Source: Folioceros fuciformis
Taxonomy: Eukaryota
Length of the DNA: 64,000 bases
Direction of reading: 5' to 3'
NCBI GenBank assembly: GCA_049999805.1
Contig: JBNGIO010006382.1
Span: 158,234-222,233, forward strand
Both the position numbers and the translations under genes were made by a program. A model generated the notes under the pieces. It was not told the DNA's origin and did no database searches. It was given only the letters and a program-made list of their open reading frames with translations. Shown in pieces: positions 12,554 to 25,093 of this stretch. Each line of letters begins with the position of its first letter. Within the stretch, counting starts at the first letter, position 1.

Positions 12554-13524
12554 CAAACGGAATCGAAGCAAACCGTACACAGCATCACCAGCAGGCCTGG
12601 GCTAGTCGACTAGGCTGTGGATTAGGTGTTTGATAATGTCGGGCCTGTCATCCTTTATTTCATGTATCTGGCGTGCAGTCAGCATTGGAGCTAGGAACCC
12701 AGTTGGATTCATTCCAGCAAGAAACGAGTATGGCCCTGAGAAAGGTGCTGTACGAAATTGATCGATTCAGCTTTCAGCTCTTTCATCACGCTTATATACC
12801 GCAGTAGAGCATGATCCAAAAGTGAAGGAGGTGCCCAAAACATTGAAAATTGTGTCTACTTGGACAGAACCAACTAGCTGCTAGAGAATCGTCTATTCCT
12901 ATTGCTATGAGTCTCCCTGCCAAAAGAACGCAAGGGATCCTGGTATCCGTATCCAGTCCCAGCCAAGGCTCACGTGCATCAATTCTTGTTTAGTTTGCCA
13001 CCTACAGCTGCGGCTTGCAAAAGGTGACAAGGGTACTTTGGGAAGGCGTGAAAAACAGAACTATCGCTCAGACATAGGTCACAACATAGTGGGATGCACA
13101 ACTGTCCTACTTGCAACTAATTATTTTATTATTTGTTATCTATTTTCAGTACGTATTCCGGATGGAGGATAAGGCTGTCGTACGGTTGTCCTTGCACCCT
13201 CCACTTGGATAACGCATTCGTCGTGTTACATAAGATGTAATTTAAAAAGTGGGATGGAAACTCATCGACCCCCAAGACAGGGAGAGAAACATCAGACCGG
13301 GACCATGTAGTGACGAATCATTTCAACACCCACAACTACAGATGTAATACAGAGAATCTTGCAGGAACATTGGCGAAGTCCAGGCGTCACTTACCCAGTG
13401 AAGGGCATATTTTCCACATAGACTCCTCGAGACACATCGCGATAAGGGGAAGGAGAGGTGAAAAGCTGCCTGCCTCAGAGTGAGCGAGCAATGCCTCGCT
13501 CTCTCTGCGCGTGGTCACTCAAAT

Positions 13525-14317
13525 TCACTTGAGCGCCAGACAGCAATGTTCTCCACGGTGGGCGCCACGGAGAGATGAGGAAAACAAACTCGAAGAGCGC
13601 GGTCACAATGAGCCCGTTCGAGGACCCGTATGGAACAGTCGCTCCGTCGGGCAACGAAACCTGCAGCACGGCGCCATCTCGACGGTCAGCTTGCCTCAAA
13701 CACCTAAAGCAAACATCGTTCTCGCAATGACACGATTGCTCTGAAGGGTGTCGCGTGCAGGACATGCCGTGTGATCTTGACAACCGTGGAAGAAGGGTAG
13801 GCGAACACGACAGCGGTCAATTTGTCGATGCCCCTGAAGAAAGCGATCAGGGCCTGAATCTCCTTCTCCTCAACCTCTCCGAGCGTGTTGTCCTTGGTGA
13901 GCTTCCCCCTGATGACCTGCTCCGCCCTGTCCGCAACCTTGAATCCGCGGACTTCGTCCAACAGAAATCGGACGCTAATGAACTTCTCCACAGGAGCTGC
14001 AGATTGGGATGGCGTCACTCGTGAGCGGTAGGTTTCAGCGAGTGAGATGCATGCATCTGGATGCAGTTGCGTCTTCCGGCGGGACAACTCACGGAATGAT
14101 GATACGCAACAGCATCAGTTGGGACAGGCAATTTACCTTTAAAGGGCCAGTGCCGCGACGAAGGCCTCGTCTATTCGGATCTCTTCAGCGGATTTCTTTC
14201 ACCTTCCATGCCTGGAGGTGAGAAACCACGTCGGGCTCATAGCAAAGCTCCTATCCATCCGGTACACTTTCACGGGGCTCTCTCTCCCTGAACCTCCGTC
14301 TCCCCTCTCCGGAGTGC
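13525..14317 (-). pseudogene. CHIL copy A: frameshifted, lacks exon 1
   Basis: 13403-14322 aligns with 17084-17970 (copy B). Multiple short insertions in exons 2 and 4; premature TGA near 14200. Confidence 0.85.
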
Positions 14318-14643
14318 CTGCGCACACAGGAGTAAGCCACACGGTTAAGAGAAAAGCTACACTCATTCCTTAGGAGTGAGAGAGAGGACACTCCAGAGAA
14401 AGTGGTGTGGGGGTAATCATACTCAATTTTAGTAACAGAGCATCCATGAAACCCGTAGCAGTTAGAATGAGTGGTTGTGGGATGTAGCTTTCAGCTTAAG
14501 TAAGGTAGTACGGTTACAGAAAAGGATTGGTATAAAACGGGGTTAGCCTTAGGTGAGAGCAACAGCTGTTGGAGAGGTGGTTGCCAGTCTGTTGGACAGT
14601 GGGATACGTTCACAGTGGGCTACGTGGAGCCTAGTAGGGTTTT

Positions 14644-14703
14644 GTTGTGGAAGTTGAGCTACGTAAAGGAGTTGTGGAAGTTGAGCTGCGTAAAAGAGTT
14701 GTG
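14644..14703 (+). repeat. 27-nt tandem duplication upstream of the F-box ATG
   Basis: GTTGTGGAAGTTGAGCTRCGTAAARGA x2. Confidence 0.8.
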
Positions 14704-14754
14704 CGCAACCAGCGATCCGAGGCACCAGTTGTCACACATACCTGGGGCTTGGGT

Positions 14755-16440
14755 ATGGAGGCCGAGGGGGTGGCCATCATGGGTACGTCGGCGGACAGGG
14801 AAGATGTGGGACTCCGTCTTGGGGAGGAGGCCAAGGAGGTCGTGAGGAAGTATCCAGGACTGAATTGGGAGGAGACTTGCAAGAAGTATTTCGGGGAAAA
14901 CTGGGAAAAGCAGTGGGATGAGGGTAGGGAGGGCTGGGGGAAATTTGTCTTGGACTCGAGAGGTTGGGTGTGGGGGAGGCCCGATCAAGACGAGTCGGCA
15001 AGTGCGGTTTACGATGTCCATGGGCAGAACGTGGAGTTCCCGGTCTTCACCAACGAGGACGAGGACATGCGAGTACAGGATAAATATGAGAACAGAAGGG
15101 AAGAGAAACACATGTCAAGACAGTACTGCTATCTCAAGCTTTACGTGGCCGAGGCAGAAACTGGCTGCTACCCTATGCCCTCTGCTACTGCTAATGTTGC
15201 AGACAGTAGTGCTTTGCTGTGGCAGACATTGCCGGAAGCCATAGTCGAGAAGGTGTTGATGTGTTTACCCCCGGCAGCGCAGGCCCGCTGCCGAGCAGTG
15301 TGTAAGGGCTGGCTTGCTATGATCGAACAGCCAGAGTTTGGCCGGCGTAGCTTTGTGGAATCTCTTTCGCGAACGGAGTGGCCTTGTCTTTGTGCCCACT
15401 CGTTGCTGGAGTCTGGTGCGAGCAGGCAACCACAGGCCATGGGGCGCAGAAACTACTTCTACTCTAACTCTGCTTTTCCCTTGTATAACACCTGGACTGT
15501 GGATATGTCTTTCTTGCCACAGGTGTTCCAAGCTGTAGACTCGCATGTTGACGTCTTCGCATCGTGTTGTTTGATTTGCATCACCCGGCGCCTGCCCGAG
15601 GGAACGGTCATGTGTGTGGTCAATCCGGTGAACATGTCCTTCAAAGTTTTGCCCATGCTTCACAAGCTTTGGAGTTATCGTGTCCTCCCTTTGGCCAAAT
15701 ATGTCACAGATGCAACAGAAATACTTCCTAGCTTCCTGGTCTACCTCCTCGGGGTTTCATCAGCGTTCTTCTCCGCGCATCCACCAGTGAAGGTCCCTGG
15801 GGTTTCACCAGCTATGAATCGCAATCTACGTAACCATGATGGCCACGTCACAATTGTCTACAACAGCATCACTGGTAGGTGGAAGGGCATGATCAGTCAC
15901 CCGTTGAAGCGCGATATTACGAGTTATTTGAAATTGGATCCAATATTGGCGTACGACGGACATCTGTACGCGATAGATGGTAGGAAGCTGCTGCGGCTCA
16001 GCATGGAGAGCGGTCCCCATTACGTGTGGGACTTGACTTTGCCCCAAGTTGACGGCCGCTGGGGCCAAAATTTCAAAAAGCTTGGCCGTTGCTTTGTAGT
16101 AGAGCACAGCGGAAGGATCCTGTACTGCTCTGCTGGCATCTGGACGTTAGACGATACCATGGGCTGGGTCAAGATTGCGAGGAGGTGCCCGGTTCGCCTG
16201 TTGCTGCCTGATGGCTGGGAGTCCAGGACGTCCACATTCGTCTTGACGGAACGTCTGGTGTTGATTCATGTGAAATGTTTTAAGGATCTCATCATTTTCA
16301 TTTATGGTACCTTCTTCTTCGAGGACGGCTCTGCAGTTGCGTACGACATGCGTCGAAATGTCTGGAGAAGGATTCCTGTGCCTTACATTCCCTATGCCAA
16401 CATCTTCCAACCCACGCCTAATTTGAGGCTTATTGAGTAA
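14755..16440 (+). CDS. Intronless F-box protein with a probable kelch-like beta-propeller C-terminus and a Trp/acidic N-terminal extension
   Basis: Long open frame; F-box motif WQTLPEAIVEKVLMCLPPAAQARCRAVCKGW at about 15220-15312; CVVNPV, VYNSITGRW and AYDMRRNVW motifs. First ATG at 14755. Confidence 0.85.
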   Translation: MEAEGVAIMGTSADREDVGLRLGEEAKEVVRKYPGLNWEETCKKYFGENWEKQWDEGREGWGKFVLDSRGWVWGRPDQDESASAVYDVHGQNVEFPVFTNEDEDMRVQDKYENRREEKHMSRQYCYLKLYVAEAETGCYPMPSATANVADSSALLWQTLPEAIVEKVLMCLPPAAQARCRAVCKGWLAMIEQPEFGRRSFVESLSRTEWPCLCAHSLLESGASRQPQAMGRRNYFYSNSAFPLYNTWTVDMSFLPQVFQAVDSHVDVFASCCLICITRRLPEGTVMCVVNPVNMSFKVLPMLHKLWSYRVLPLAKYVTDATEILPSFLVYLLGVSSAFFSAHPPVKVPGVSPAMNRNLRNHDGHVTIVYNSITGRWKGMISHPLKRDITSYLKLDPILAYDGHLYAIDGRKLLRLSMESGPHYVWDLTLPQVDGRWGQNFKKLGRCFVVEHSGRILYCSAGIWTLDDTMGWVKIARRCPVRLLLPDGWESRTSTFVLTERLVLIHVKCFKDLIIFIYGTFFFEDGSAVAYDMRRNVWRRIPVPYIPYANIFQPTPNLRLIE

Positions 16441-17202
16441 CATGTGTTTCACAAGATGGGCTTAGAAAGTGAGTGCGGAAGTGAACATGGCTTCTGTAGA
16501 CATTTGTTGAAACGACGCCGATGATGGTGCTGCCACGTTGTTGGGAATGTTGCAGTACCATCATCCGATTCGGCTTGTTTTCCCATGTTCCACTGTTTTT
16601 GGGGAGGACAATGTTGCACTTAGCCTGGAGTGTGTGAAGCTATGATAGCCTGGAGTGTTTTACCAGTCACGACAGATCAGGTCCCTAAGGTGTTGGTCCC
16701 TACAGTTGGCAATTGCACATGTGAGCTACAATTTAGCTGATGTCTTTGGTAATTTGGATCAGAATATGAAGAGCTTTTGAAAGAAGCTTTGTTAGATCAT
16801 TTTTATTCTACTTGTTTCTGAAGCTTCTGCGTCCCACGTTCAGGGCTTAGGTGCATTCGAGGGCTTTCGGCCTAAACAATCGGCAGCGGCATCCGGGCAG
16901 CAGCAAGGACTGATAGCCGTTGCGAAGGCTTGTTGTTACTGGATGCCTATTCTCTTAGGACTGCAGTAACTTATCCTAGGCGGACCTTCTGTCCAAGGTG
17001 ACCACGCTGGCGCTGGCGCTGGCGCTGAATATTGAGGATGCGGCTGGAGATGGGCTGACCTCAGACCCTACTTCTACAATACTGGGCATTTCCACATATA
17101 AACCTCGAGACACATCGCGACAAAGGGAAGGAGGAGAGGTGAAAAGCTTCCTCAGAGTGAGCGAGCCAGCCCCTCGCTCTCTCTGCGTGTGGTCACACAA
17201 AT

Positions 17203-18133
17203 TCACTTGAGCCAGACAGCAATGTTCTCCACGGCGGGTGCAGAGATGAGGACGACAAATTCGAAGAGCGCGGCCACAACGAGCCCGTTCGCGGACTCGT
17301 ATGGAACAGTCTCTCCATCGGGCAACGACACCTGCAGTACGGGGCCAGCTCGATGGTCAGCTCGCCCCAAACACTTAAAGCAAACATCGTTCTCGCAATG
17401 ACACGATTGCTCTGAAGGCGGTGGGGTTCGGGACATGCCGTGATCTTCACATCCGTGGGAGAAGGGTAGGCGAACACGATAGCGGTCAATTTGTCGATGC
17501 CCCTGAAGAAAGCGATCAGGGCCTGAATCTCCTTCTCCTCAACCTCTCCGAGCGTGTTGTGCTTGGTGAGCTTCTTCCTGACGGCCTGCTCCGCCCTGTC
17601 CGCAACCTTGAACCCGCGGACTTCGTCCAACAGAAATCGGACGCTAATAAACTTCTCCACAGGCGCTGCAGATTGGGATAGCGTCAATGGTGAGCGGCAG
17701 GTTTCAGCGAGTGAGATGCATGCATCTGGATGCAGTTGCGTCTTCCAGCGAGACAACTCACGGGATGAATGATACGGAACGGCAATGATCAGTTGGGACA
17801 GGCAATGTACCTTTGGCCAGAGCCACGACGAAGGCCTCGTCAGTTCGGAGCTCTTCAGCGGATTTCCCCTTCCATGCCTGGAGGTGAGAAACCACCTCGG
17901 GTTCATAGTAAGCTCCTATCCGAGACACTTTCACTTGCGCTCCCTGAACCTCCCTCTCCTGAGTGCCTGTGCGAAGTAACAGTTACTTGTTCAGGACATT
18001 GCACATTCTCGCATGACAATTTTTTCACACGCAAAGATTTGCAGCAGAATTTACCATGGCCTGCCAACTTGAGAGTCTTGGACAAGCCGGGAGGAGCGGT
18101 GATGCTGTCGGGAAACGTGTCGGCCACTGTCAT
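17203..18133 (-). CDS. CHIL copy B: divergent chalcone-isomerase-fold protein (4 exons, about 195 aa)
   Basis: MTVADTFPDSITAPPGLSKTLKLAGHG|TQEREVQGAQVKVSRIGAYYEPEVVSHLQAWKGKSAEEL...|APVEKFISVRF...|VSLPDG...IAVWLK*. The third donor is ambiguous (GT or GC). Confidence 0.8.
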
Positions 18134-19438
18134 ACAACATCCCGGAACATTTCAGATCCAAATCTTGAGTGCCTTCTAGCACTCCAGTTTCACTAATGCA
18201 GCACTTACTGGATCCTACTCTCTTGTGCAGAACCTAGCCTGAGGTGATAGCAGCAGATTTCGCTTTGCAAATGCAAGGCTCTGGACGAACAGGGCTCCAA
18301 TTCTCGACTTCGGTGAACTGCGATTCAAGAACTGAACAGGCCATGTCGAGGTGAGCATTTGTACCCCGAACTCGTACCTGCACCCGGATTGAAGGTTCCC
18401 CGGAGCCGTCCAAGAGCTTGCACTTGCAGTCACGCTTGGGTCGGCGACATCGGTAAAAGTGGTCAAAAGGGCGTAGGTGTCACCTATGTTTTCAGAACCA
18501 ATACGGGGAGGCCAGAGCGACTTCTAACGCAAAATAATGTTGCCCAGGTCAAGTCTTTGCAGGCTTTCGGAGGGCCCTACGGCTGGACCAATGGCTGACG
18601 AGGTGAAGCATCATTACCAAGCTGCCTTATGTATAAAATGCGCTCCCTCATAGGCTGTGAAGCATCGGGTGAGAACCCGTGACGCTGCTTTCACACCGGA
18701 TCGCCTGACACCTGCAACATTGAAACATTTGTACCACGGGCCACGCAGAAAGCTCTTGTCAGGGTTCGCAGCAACAGATGCCGAAGAAGGTTCGAGAAAC
18801 ATCTGGCCATGGTGTTACCGAGAGGGCGACTTGGGCAGTCCGACACCGCTTGTAATGACTTTTCTGCACACGAACTTTATGCATATTTGTTGAAACACAA
18901 CGCCATTGAGCCTAGAAACTATCAACCACGCTTAAGACATCACGGTTCATAAGGAGGAAGAATTTTCTTAACATTTGTACCCTCTCTCACCTTTGTTGTG
19001 GTGTAATGTTCCCTACACCCGGACTGAAGCTTTCAAGGATTTGTTCAACAGCTGGCTGGGGGAGGCGATGCTGGTCAGGGTCAGAAAGGCAGAGAGTGTT
19101 CGTTTTGTAAGGCAGGTCGGTAGCTGGAAATCCATCCACGTATGAGATTTGAACCAGTAGGCGGAGGACAGCGCGACGCCGGACACATAATATATAATCA
19201 TCCGCGTCCAGTGTTTTCTCGGAGGCCTGTTAGATGGGATGGGTGACCAGGTGAAGAATCACGCCAACCCACCTGATCCTTCACAGCATCCGGCGCCAGG
19301 AAGTTCTAGAAACATCGATACGGATCAATTCGCTCACAACTTGACTACAGCATCTCCGGCTGCTATAGCTCTATGCTTATTTATGATGATGATGAAGGAT
19401 TTTATTCTAAGCAGATCCTGAAGCAGCACATTTGTGGG

Positions 19439-20369
19439 CTACTTGAGCCAGGCAGCAACGCCTGCCGCCACGGATGCAGCTGTGGAAGGACTTTGCGTGT
19501 TCTCTCCCAGAAAGATGTCCAAGAGCGACAACACAATTGCAGCGCCTGAGACTGTGTGCGCTGTCCCTGGCTCTGCCTCTGTAACGCCATCGACAGACAC
19601 CTGAACAAAAGATGGAGACGAGACGAAGAGGTTATCAATTGCTCCAGGACGTGTGATCCGATGCAAACATGTGATATCGCACTTTTGGAGTTGTGGTTCG
19701 CTTACGGTGAACGTGGAAGGGGAGGGGATTGCGTGGAGAACAGCGGAGCCTACAGGTAATTCCTTGAAGTTTTGGAAGAATGCGACCAGCTGCTCCAGTT
19801 CCTCTTCTTCCGCCTCACCGAGCTTCTCATCGAATAGCAGCCTCTCTTTGATGTACGACACCAGCCTCTTCCCGTAGTCGGTTCCTCTGATGGGCCCTTT
19901 GAGTATCACTACCTTCACGAACTTCTCCACAGGCGCTGGAGATTGAGAGACAAGATGCAGATCCGGTCAAGGATGAGGAGAGATGCAGAGTGTGAGAAGT
20001 GGAGATCGGGATCTTGCAAGCAATCCTCGAAGCTCACCTCGGACCAGCTCGTTGAAGAAATCGTAGTCTTGTATCAGCTCGTCGACGGCCTTCCCTTTCC
20101 ACGTCTGTAAGTGAGTGCTTACCTCGGGATCTATGTAGACCGTGATTCGTGTGAATTTCACATGCAGAGCCTCGATGTGCATGTCCGTCAGACCTGCAAA
20201 CATGGCACAGTTGGCGAGGTCCGAGCCAAAGACGAGTATCGGTTCAAGCAAAATCAATACCCTGTCCCGCCAGCCAAAGAGTCTTAGAACAGCCGGAAAG
20301 GGCCGGAATTGTGTGAGGCTCGGTGCTGTTCTCTTCCGCGGGGAGGAGCTCTTCCTTATTCGCTGCCAT
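19439..20369 (-). CDS. CHIL: CHIL copy C: chalcone isomerase-like (type IV-like) protein (4 exons)
   Basis: [78 protein letters not shown], SPST. It has the CHIL-type GxTD in place of the catalytic GxRG. Confidence 0.88.
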
Positions 20370-20763
20370 TTCACAGATTGAAGGAATTCGCAAGTGCCTT
20401 GGTGTTGACTTCAGGCTTGTGTCCAGCCAGATGCACAGGCGCCTTGGCGAAAACTTCTGGCGTCCGCCTGGGCGGATGGAACCCCTCTCTAATGAAACTC
20501 AAGGAAATAGATTCGACTATCGGGAAGTTCTGCAGAGCAGCAGTGGCTTCAGAATGATGCAGACATTTACAGAAAGCAGGAGGTACGAGTCGTGCCGGTA
20601 GGTGTAGAAAAGACAGGCCATCGCCCACTGACGATGTTTGAAAACGGCTACAGGAGGCAACGGTTGAGGCACACGTCCCCATTACAGAATTTGGAGGAAA
20701 TACACCTCCATACCAAAGACCAGCATGTGGTCCACAGAAGACGGACGGCTTGTTCGCAGGTCC

Positions 20764-22755
20764 CTAGTTCGATGCCAGTGCACTGGACCTTGAAGATGAC
20801 CGGTCTACTGTTGAAGGTAAGCCAAGGGCATCCGCAATGGCCCGGACAGCGGCAACCATGGCAATTGTGTCATTCAGCTTGTTGATAGCAGATCCAACGC
20901 CCTGTCACCACAAGTCGTGGTTGTTAACACATCTCAAAATTCAGGAACACCAGGAACGTGCAGACTGAAGGAGAAACGACGAGACAGGAAGCAGTGAGAA
21001 AGTTAGGATTCTTACCACTCCGGCAGCACCAGCAGTGATGGCTAGCGGAGCTGTCACAGAACTCAAACCGGACGCACACATGACTGGAATGTCCACAGCT
21101 TTGGAGATGGAGTATGTCGCTGCCAGGGTTGGGGCAGCCTGCACAGAATCAAAAACACTTCCAGAGTGAGTCAGTCCATAACACGGGATGTTGTTGGTCT
21201 GCACATCATCAAGTCTTGTCGAACCGTGCTTCATTCGGAATGTGGTGAACCTTACCTTCTCAAATAGGCCAAGAATGCCAGAACTAGATGGAGTAGAGCT
21301 AGTACCACCCTCTGTCTGGATGATGTCAGCCCCTTCAAGTTCCAATCTCTCAGCAAGTGCCACCTGAGCCAAACGGGGATTATAAAACAGTCAGTAGCAT
21401 TTCTAATCGATTTTCATACAAGACCTGAATGCCAGTGCGTTGATCCTTCCATGTAAACAATATCAGTACAATAAGTTCTTAAACAGATGAACCAAGAAAA
21501 CAAACAGACATGACCTGCTCATCCAAAGGCATTGTATGCGGCACTGTGACAGAAAGAACCACACTGGGCAGCAACTGTCTAGTTTTCCTTGTAAGCTGGA
21601 CAATCTGAATAACACGCTCGTCCCATCAGTACCGCAGACAGAAATGGAAGCTACTACATAGCAGGTAGAACAAGCCGAAGAGCTGATAACCACACTTCAG
21701 ATTGGAGATACTCAGACTGAAACATCCTGTCCAAAATTCTAAACTTTACCTCCTCTGCTGAGAAAACGCGGCCGCTCTTGTAGAAGGAATCATAATTACC
21801 GATCTCTACCTGCAGGACCTCGCTTCCACATTGTCAAGCTACCTGCAGACTTTGTCACCACATAAGGCAAGAAGACAAGCCTTGTTAAAGCGTGAAACTC
21901 ACCATGCGGGCTCCAGCTTGCACTGCAGCAACGAAACCTTCCGGCTCCACAGACGAAACACAAACCTGACAAACCATAGACAAAAGGTGTAAGTAGGTAC
22001 CCAGCACATCGCAAATCCAAAAAGAGCAAGGTTCGGACATGAAATTCGGCCACTTACAGGCAAACTGGTCAGGCTGGTGGCCATCTTCACCAGTTCTGGG
22101 TCACAGGCAATGTCGACGTGAGTGGCGCCACCCTGGCCCACCGCCTCGACCACAGAGAGAACATCAGTGGCAGCGAGAGCACACACAGCAGCGTTGGCAG
22201 AGACATGGCAGCTACAGCTTCTTGGACGGGCAATGCCATTAAACAACTTGAAGGACGTGGAACAAGCAAAACTGAGTCACACAATGTAAATCCATCCCAC
22301 CTTCTCAGCGGCCATGACAACTGCAGACACATTGTCCACGTTGAAGTTTTGCAAGCCTGCAATCACCTGACATCAGAAACGCGTGCCTTGGTGTCAGCCT
22401 TTGCATGCCTGAGACGCTGACCCGACCTGCTGCCTACTCGTCAAATCCGGAAACAAAAAGGGCTCGCAAAGTGCACCTTGAATGCTGTGTGATCGGTGAA
22501 GGCCCTCAGGACGGATTCCCTAGAAGATTCAGCTGCGCCAGAGGTCGATGCCCTGCAACGTGCGACTGGGAGTGCCACCGCCACTACATTCAGCCGCGAT
22601 TCCGTTCCCAGCCGCACCCCCAAGAAGGTCGACTTGCGAAATGCCTTGGCAGGAGCCAGCGAGACATCTCCCACTGCACCCACGGCCTGGCTGGAGCCCG
22701 CCAGCCTGCAGACAGCAGATGTAGCCGCAGAGGGGAGGATGAGCGAGGCAGCCAT
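20764..22755 (-). CDS. ycf23: Ycf23 / DUF561 family protein with a predicted plastid transit peptide (9 exons)
   Basis: FKVIAGLQNFN, GGATHVDIACDP, VCVSSVEP, VEIGNYDSFY, LSVTVPHT, GADIIQTEGG, PVMCASGLSSVTAPLAI, GVGVGSAINKLN. Confidence 0.93.
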
Positions 22756-22928
22756 GGGAGCGTCGCAGGAGCCGAACCAGGGCACTCAACGTTGTGTTCT
22801 GCTCTCTCGAACAGTCTTTTCTTTCCCCTCTCCTCGTAAGTGCAACAGTGTGAAGCTGTCTCTGCCTGCCGCCGTCTCCGGAATCGACCGCTTCTGTCGG
22901 GATTGTCTCTGCCTTTGCGAGGTGCACC

Positions 22929-25093
22929 ATGGGCGTAGAGAGCAACCCGCAGGCGAACGACGGGCCTGCTCCGGCACCCATCGTGATGAAGACAGCAAGG
23001 GCCCCGAGCAACATCGCCGTGATCAAGTACTGGGGGAAGCGGGACGAGAAGCTCATCCTGCCCGTCAACTCCAGCATCAGCGTCACTCTTGATCCGGAGC
23101 ACCTTTCCGCGACGACCACTGTCGCTGCCAGCTCCTCTTTTTCTTCCGATCGCCTCTGGTTGAATGGCAAGGTGCGCTGGCCATCAGCATTGTGGTGATC
23201 TTTCTCGGATTGCATGCCCGTATGCTTGGACTGAAAATGGGGGCTGCAGGAAGTGTCTGTCGATGGTGAGCGGTACAAGAATTGTCTGCGGGAAATCCGT
23301 GCTCGAGCTTCGGATGTTTTGGATGAAAGCTCTGGGCGAGTCATCACCAACCAAGATTGGCAGAATCTGCATGTGCACATTGCGTCTGTCAACAATTTTC
23401 CAACAGCTGCAGGTCTGGCGTCATCGGCAGCGGGATTCGCGTGCTTAGGTACGATTTGACGCCCCTGTGTTGTGTTTGGCCAGCGCTGGGTCGGAGAGTT
23501 CTAGGTAGGTTGGACTTTCCCTGGTTAGCCTGCCGATCTGAGAGTTGGATCCGGAATTACTGCAGTTTATGCCCTGGCAGAGTTGATGGGGGTGAAGGAG
23601 TCATACACCGGGGAGCTTTCTGCCATCGCTCGGTATTGCTCGCATTGTCCTTCTGCTGGTGTGGTTTGCGTCGTTCGCAGCGTGCAGGTTAGAACGTGTG
23701 TTTTGCTGTTGCAGGCGTGGGTCTGGCAGTGCTTGTCGAAGTTTGTACGGCGGGTTTGTCAAGTGGGAGATGGGGAAGGTACTTCATCAGCCGTCAGCTC
23801 TGTTGTGGATGTTTGAATTTCATGTGGAAGAAGAGCAGAAGGAACTTGTGACGCTAACTCTGTTCCCTGTATTGCAAAGCAAGGAAGAAAATGGGAGGGA
23901 CAGCATTGCAGTCCAAATTGCCGACGAATCTCATTGGAAAGATCTGGTTATCATCATTGCAGTGGTATGTCTATCAGTTCCTCTGTAGGCCCTGGTGGTT
24001 GGCACCGAATTTGCCACCTAGGAAGCAGCTGACCCTAGTGCTTCTCTCCGTTCTCGCAGGTCAGCTCTCGGGAGAAGGAAACTAGTAGCACTTCAGGAAT
24101 GCAAGGAAGTGTACTTACGAGCCCTCTCTTGAAGTTCAGAGCGGAGGTATGGCATCCTGTATTATAGTCAATCTCGGCTTGTGGTCTTCAAGCTACATTT
24201 CACTCCTCGTGGGCTGACTGCGATGTTGTTCGTTTGTCTGCTTGCCCAGAACGTCGTTCCGAAACGAATCCTTCAAATGGAGGAAGCCATCAAAACGCTC
24301 GACTTTGATACCTTTGCAGCCCTTACTTGTGCGGACAGCAACCAGTTCCATGCTACTTGCCTGGATACCTCCCCTCCAATCTTCTACCTGAACGAGACAT
24401 CTCGCAGGCTTGTTCTTGAACCAAGCTCTACTCCCTCTCGTTTCAGTTCAGACTAATCTTGGCGTCTGAAACAGAAAAACCTTGTCCCTGTACCGGTTGC
24501 AGGATTATCAGCGTTGTAGAGCGGTGGAACAAGGCTGCTGGGAACCCTCAGGCATGCTTCTTACCTCAACTTGCAAGCCCTGGGTAAGCTTTTTCCTGTT
24601 AAGAGTGGTGCGTGAGCCATCTAACTTATTCCACGGTTGCAGCAGGTAGCATACACGTTTGATGCTGGTCCAAACGCTGTGCTATTTGCTCGGAACACAG
24701 AAGTTGCGGGGCAGTTGTTACACCGCCTGTTTTATCAGTTCCCCCCTGGACCCGATGTGGAACTTTCAAGGTTTGGCTGTCCCTCCTGATTTCATTCATT
24801 CTGGTATCGTGCTCATGGCCCCTCCCGTGATAACAGCTGGCATGGCTAAAAACCGACCACTGTGCTGCATGTACAGATACGTCATTGGGGATCAGACAGT
24901 GGTCCAGAGAGCTGGAATAAACTCCTTGGATGACTTGCATAACCTGCCCCTGCCTCCAGAAATGGCTGGTAGTAGCAACCTTCCCCGTACACCTGGAGAG
25001 CTTGGTTACTTGATATCTACTAGACCAGGAAAGGGTTCTGGCCTCTTGCCTGCAGTCTCCCTCTTGAATGCCAACACCGGGCTACCTCTGTAG
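22929..25093 (+). CDS. MVD: Diphosphomevalonate decarboxylase
   Basis: [97 protein letters not shown]. Confidence 0.97.

Noticed and set aside
17332-17450. GC-AG intron in CHIL copy B
   Set aside because: An in-phase GT donor (GAT|GTGAAG) lies 12 nt upstream, so the GC donor is not required.
11168-25093. Prenyl-flavonoid biosynthetic cluster (CCR-like + CHIL + MVD)
   Set aside because: There is no PKS, prenyltransferase or P450, and MVD is a housekeeping gene.
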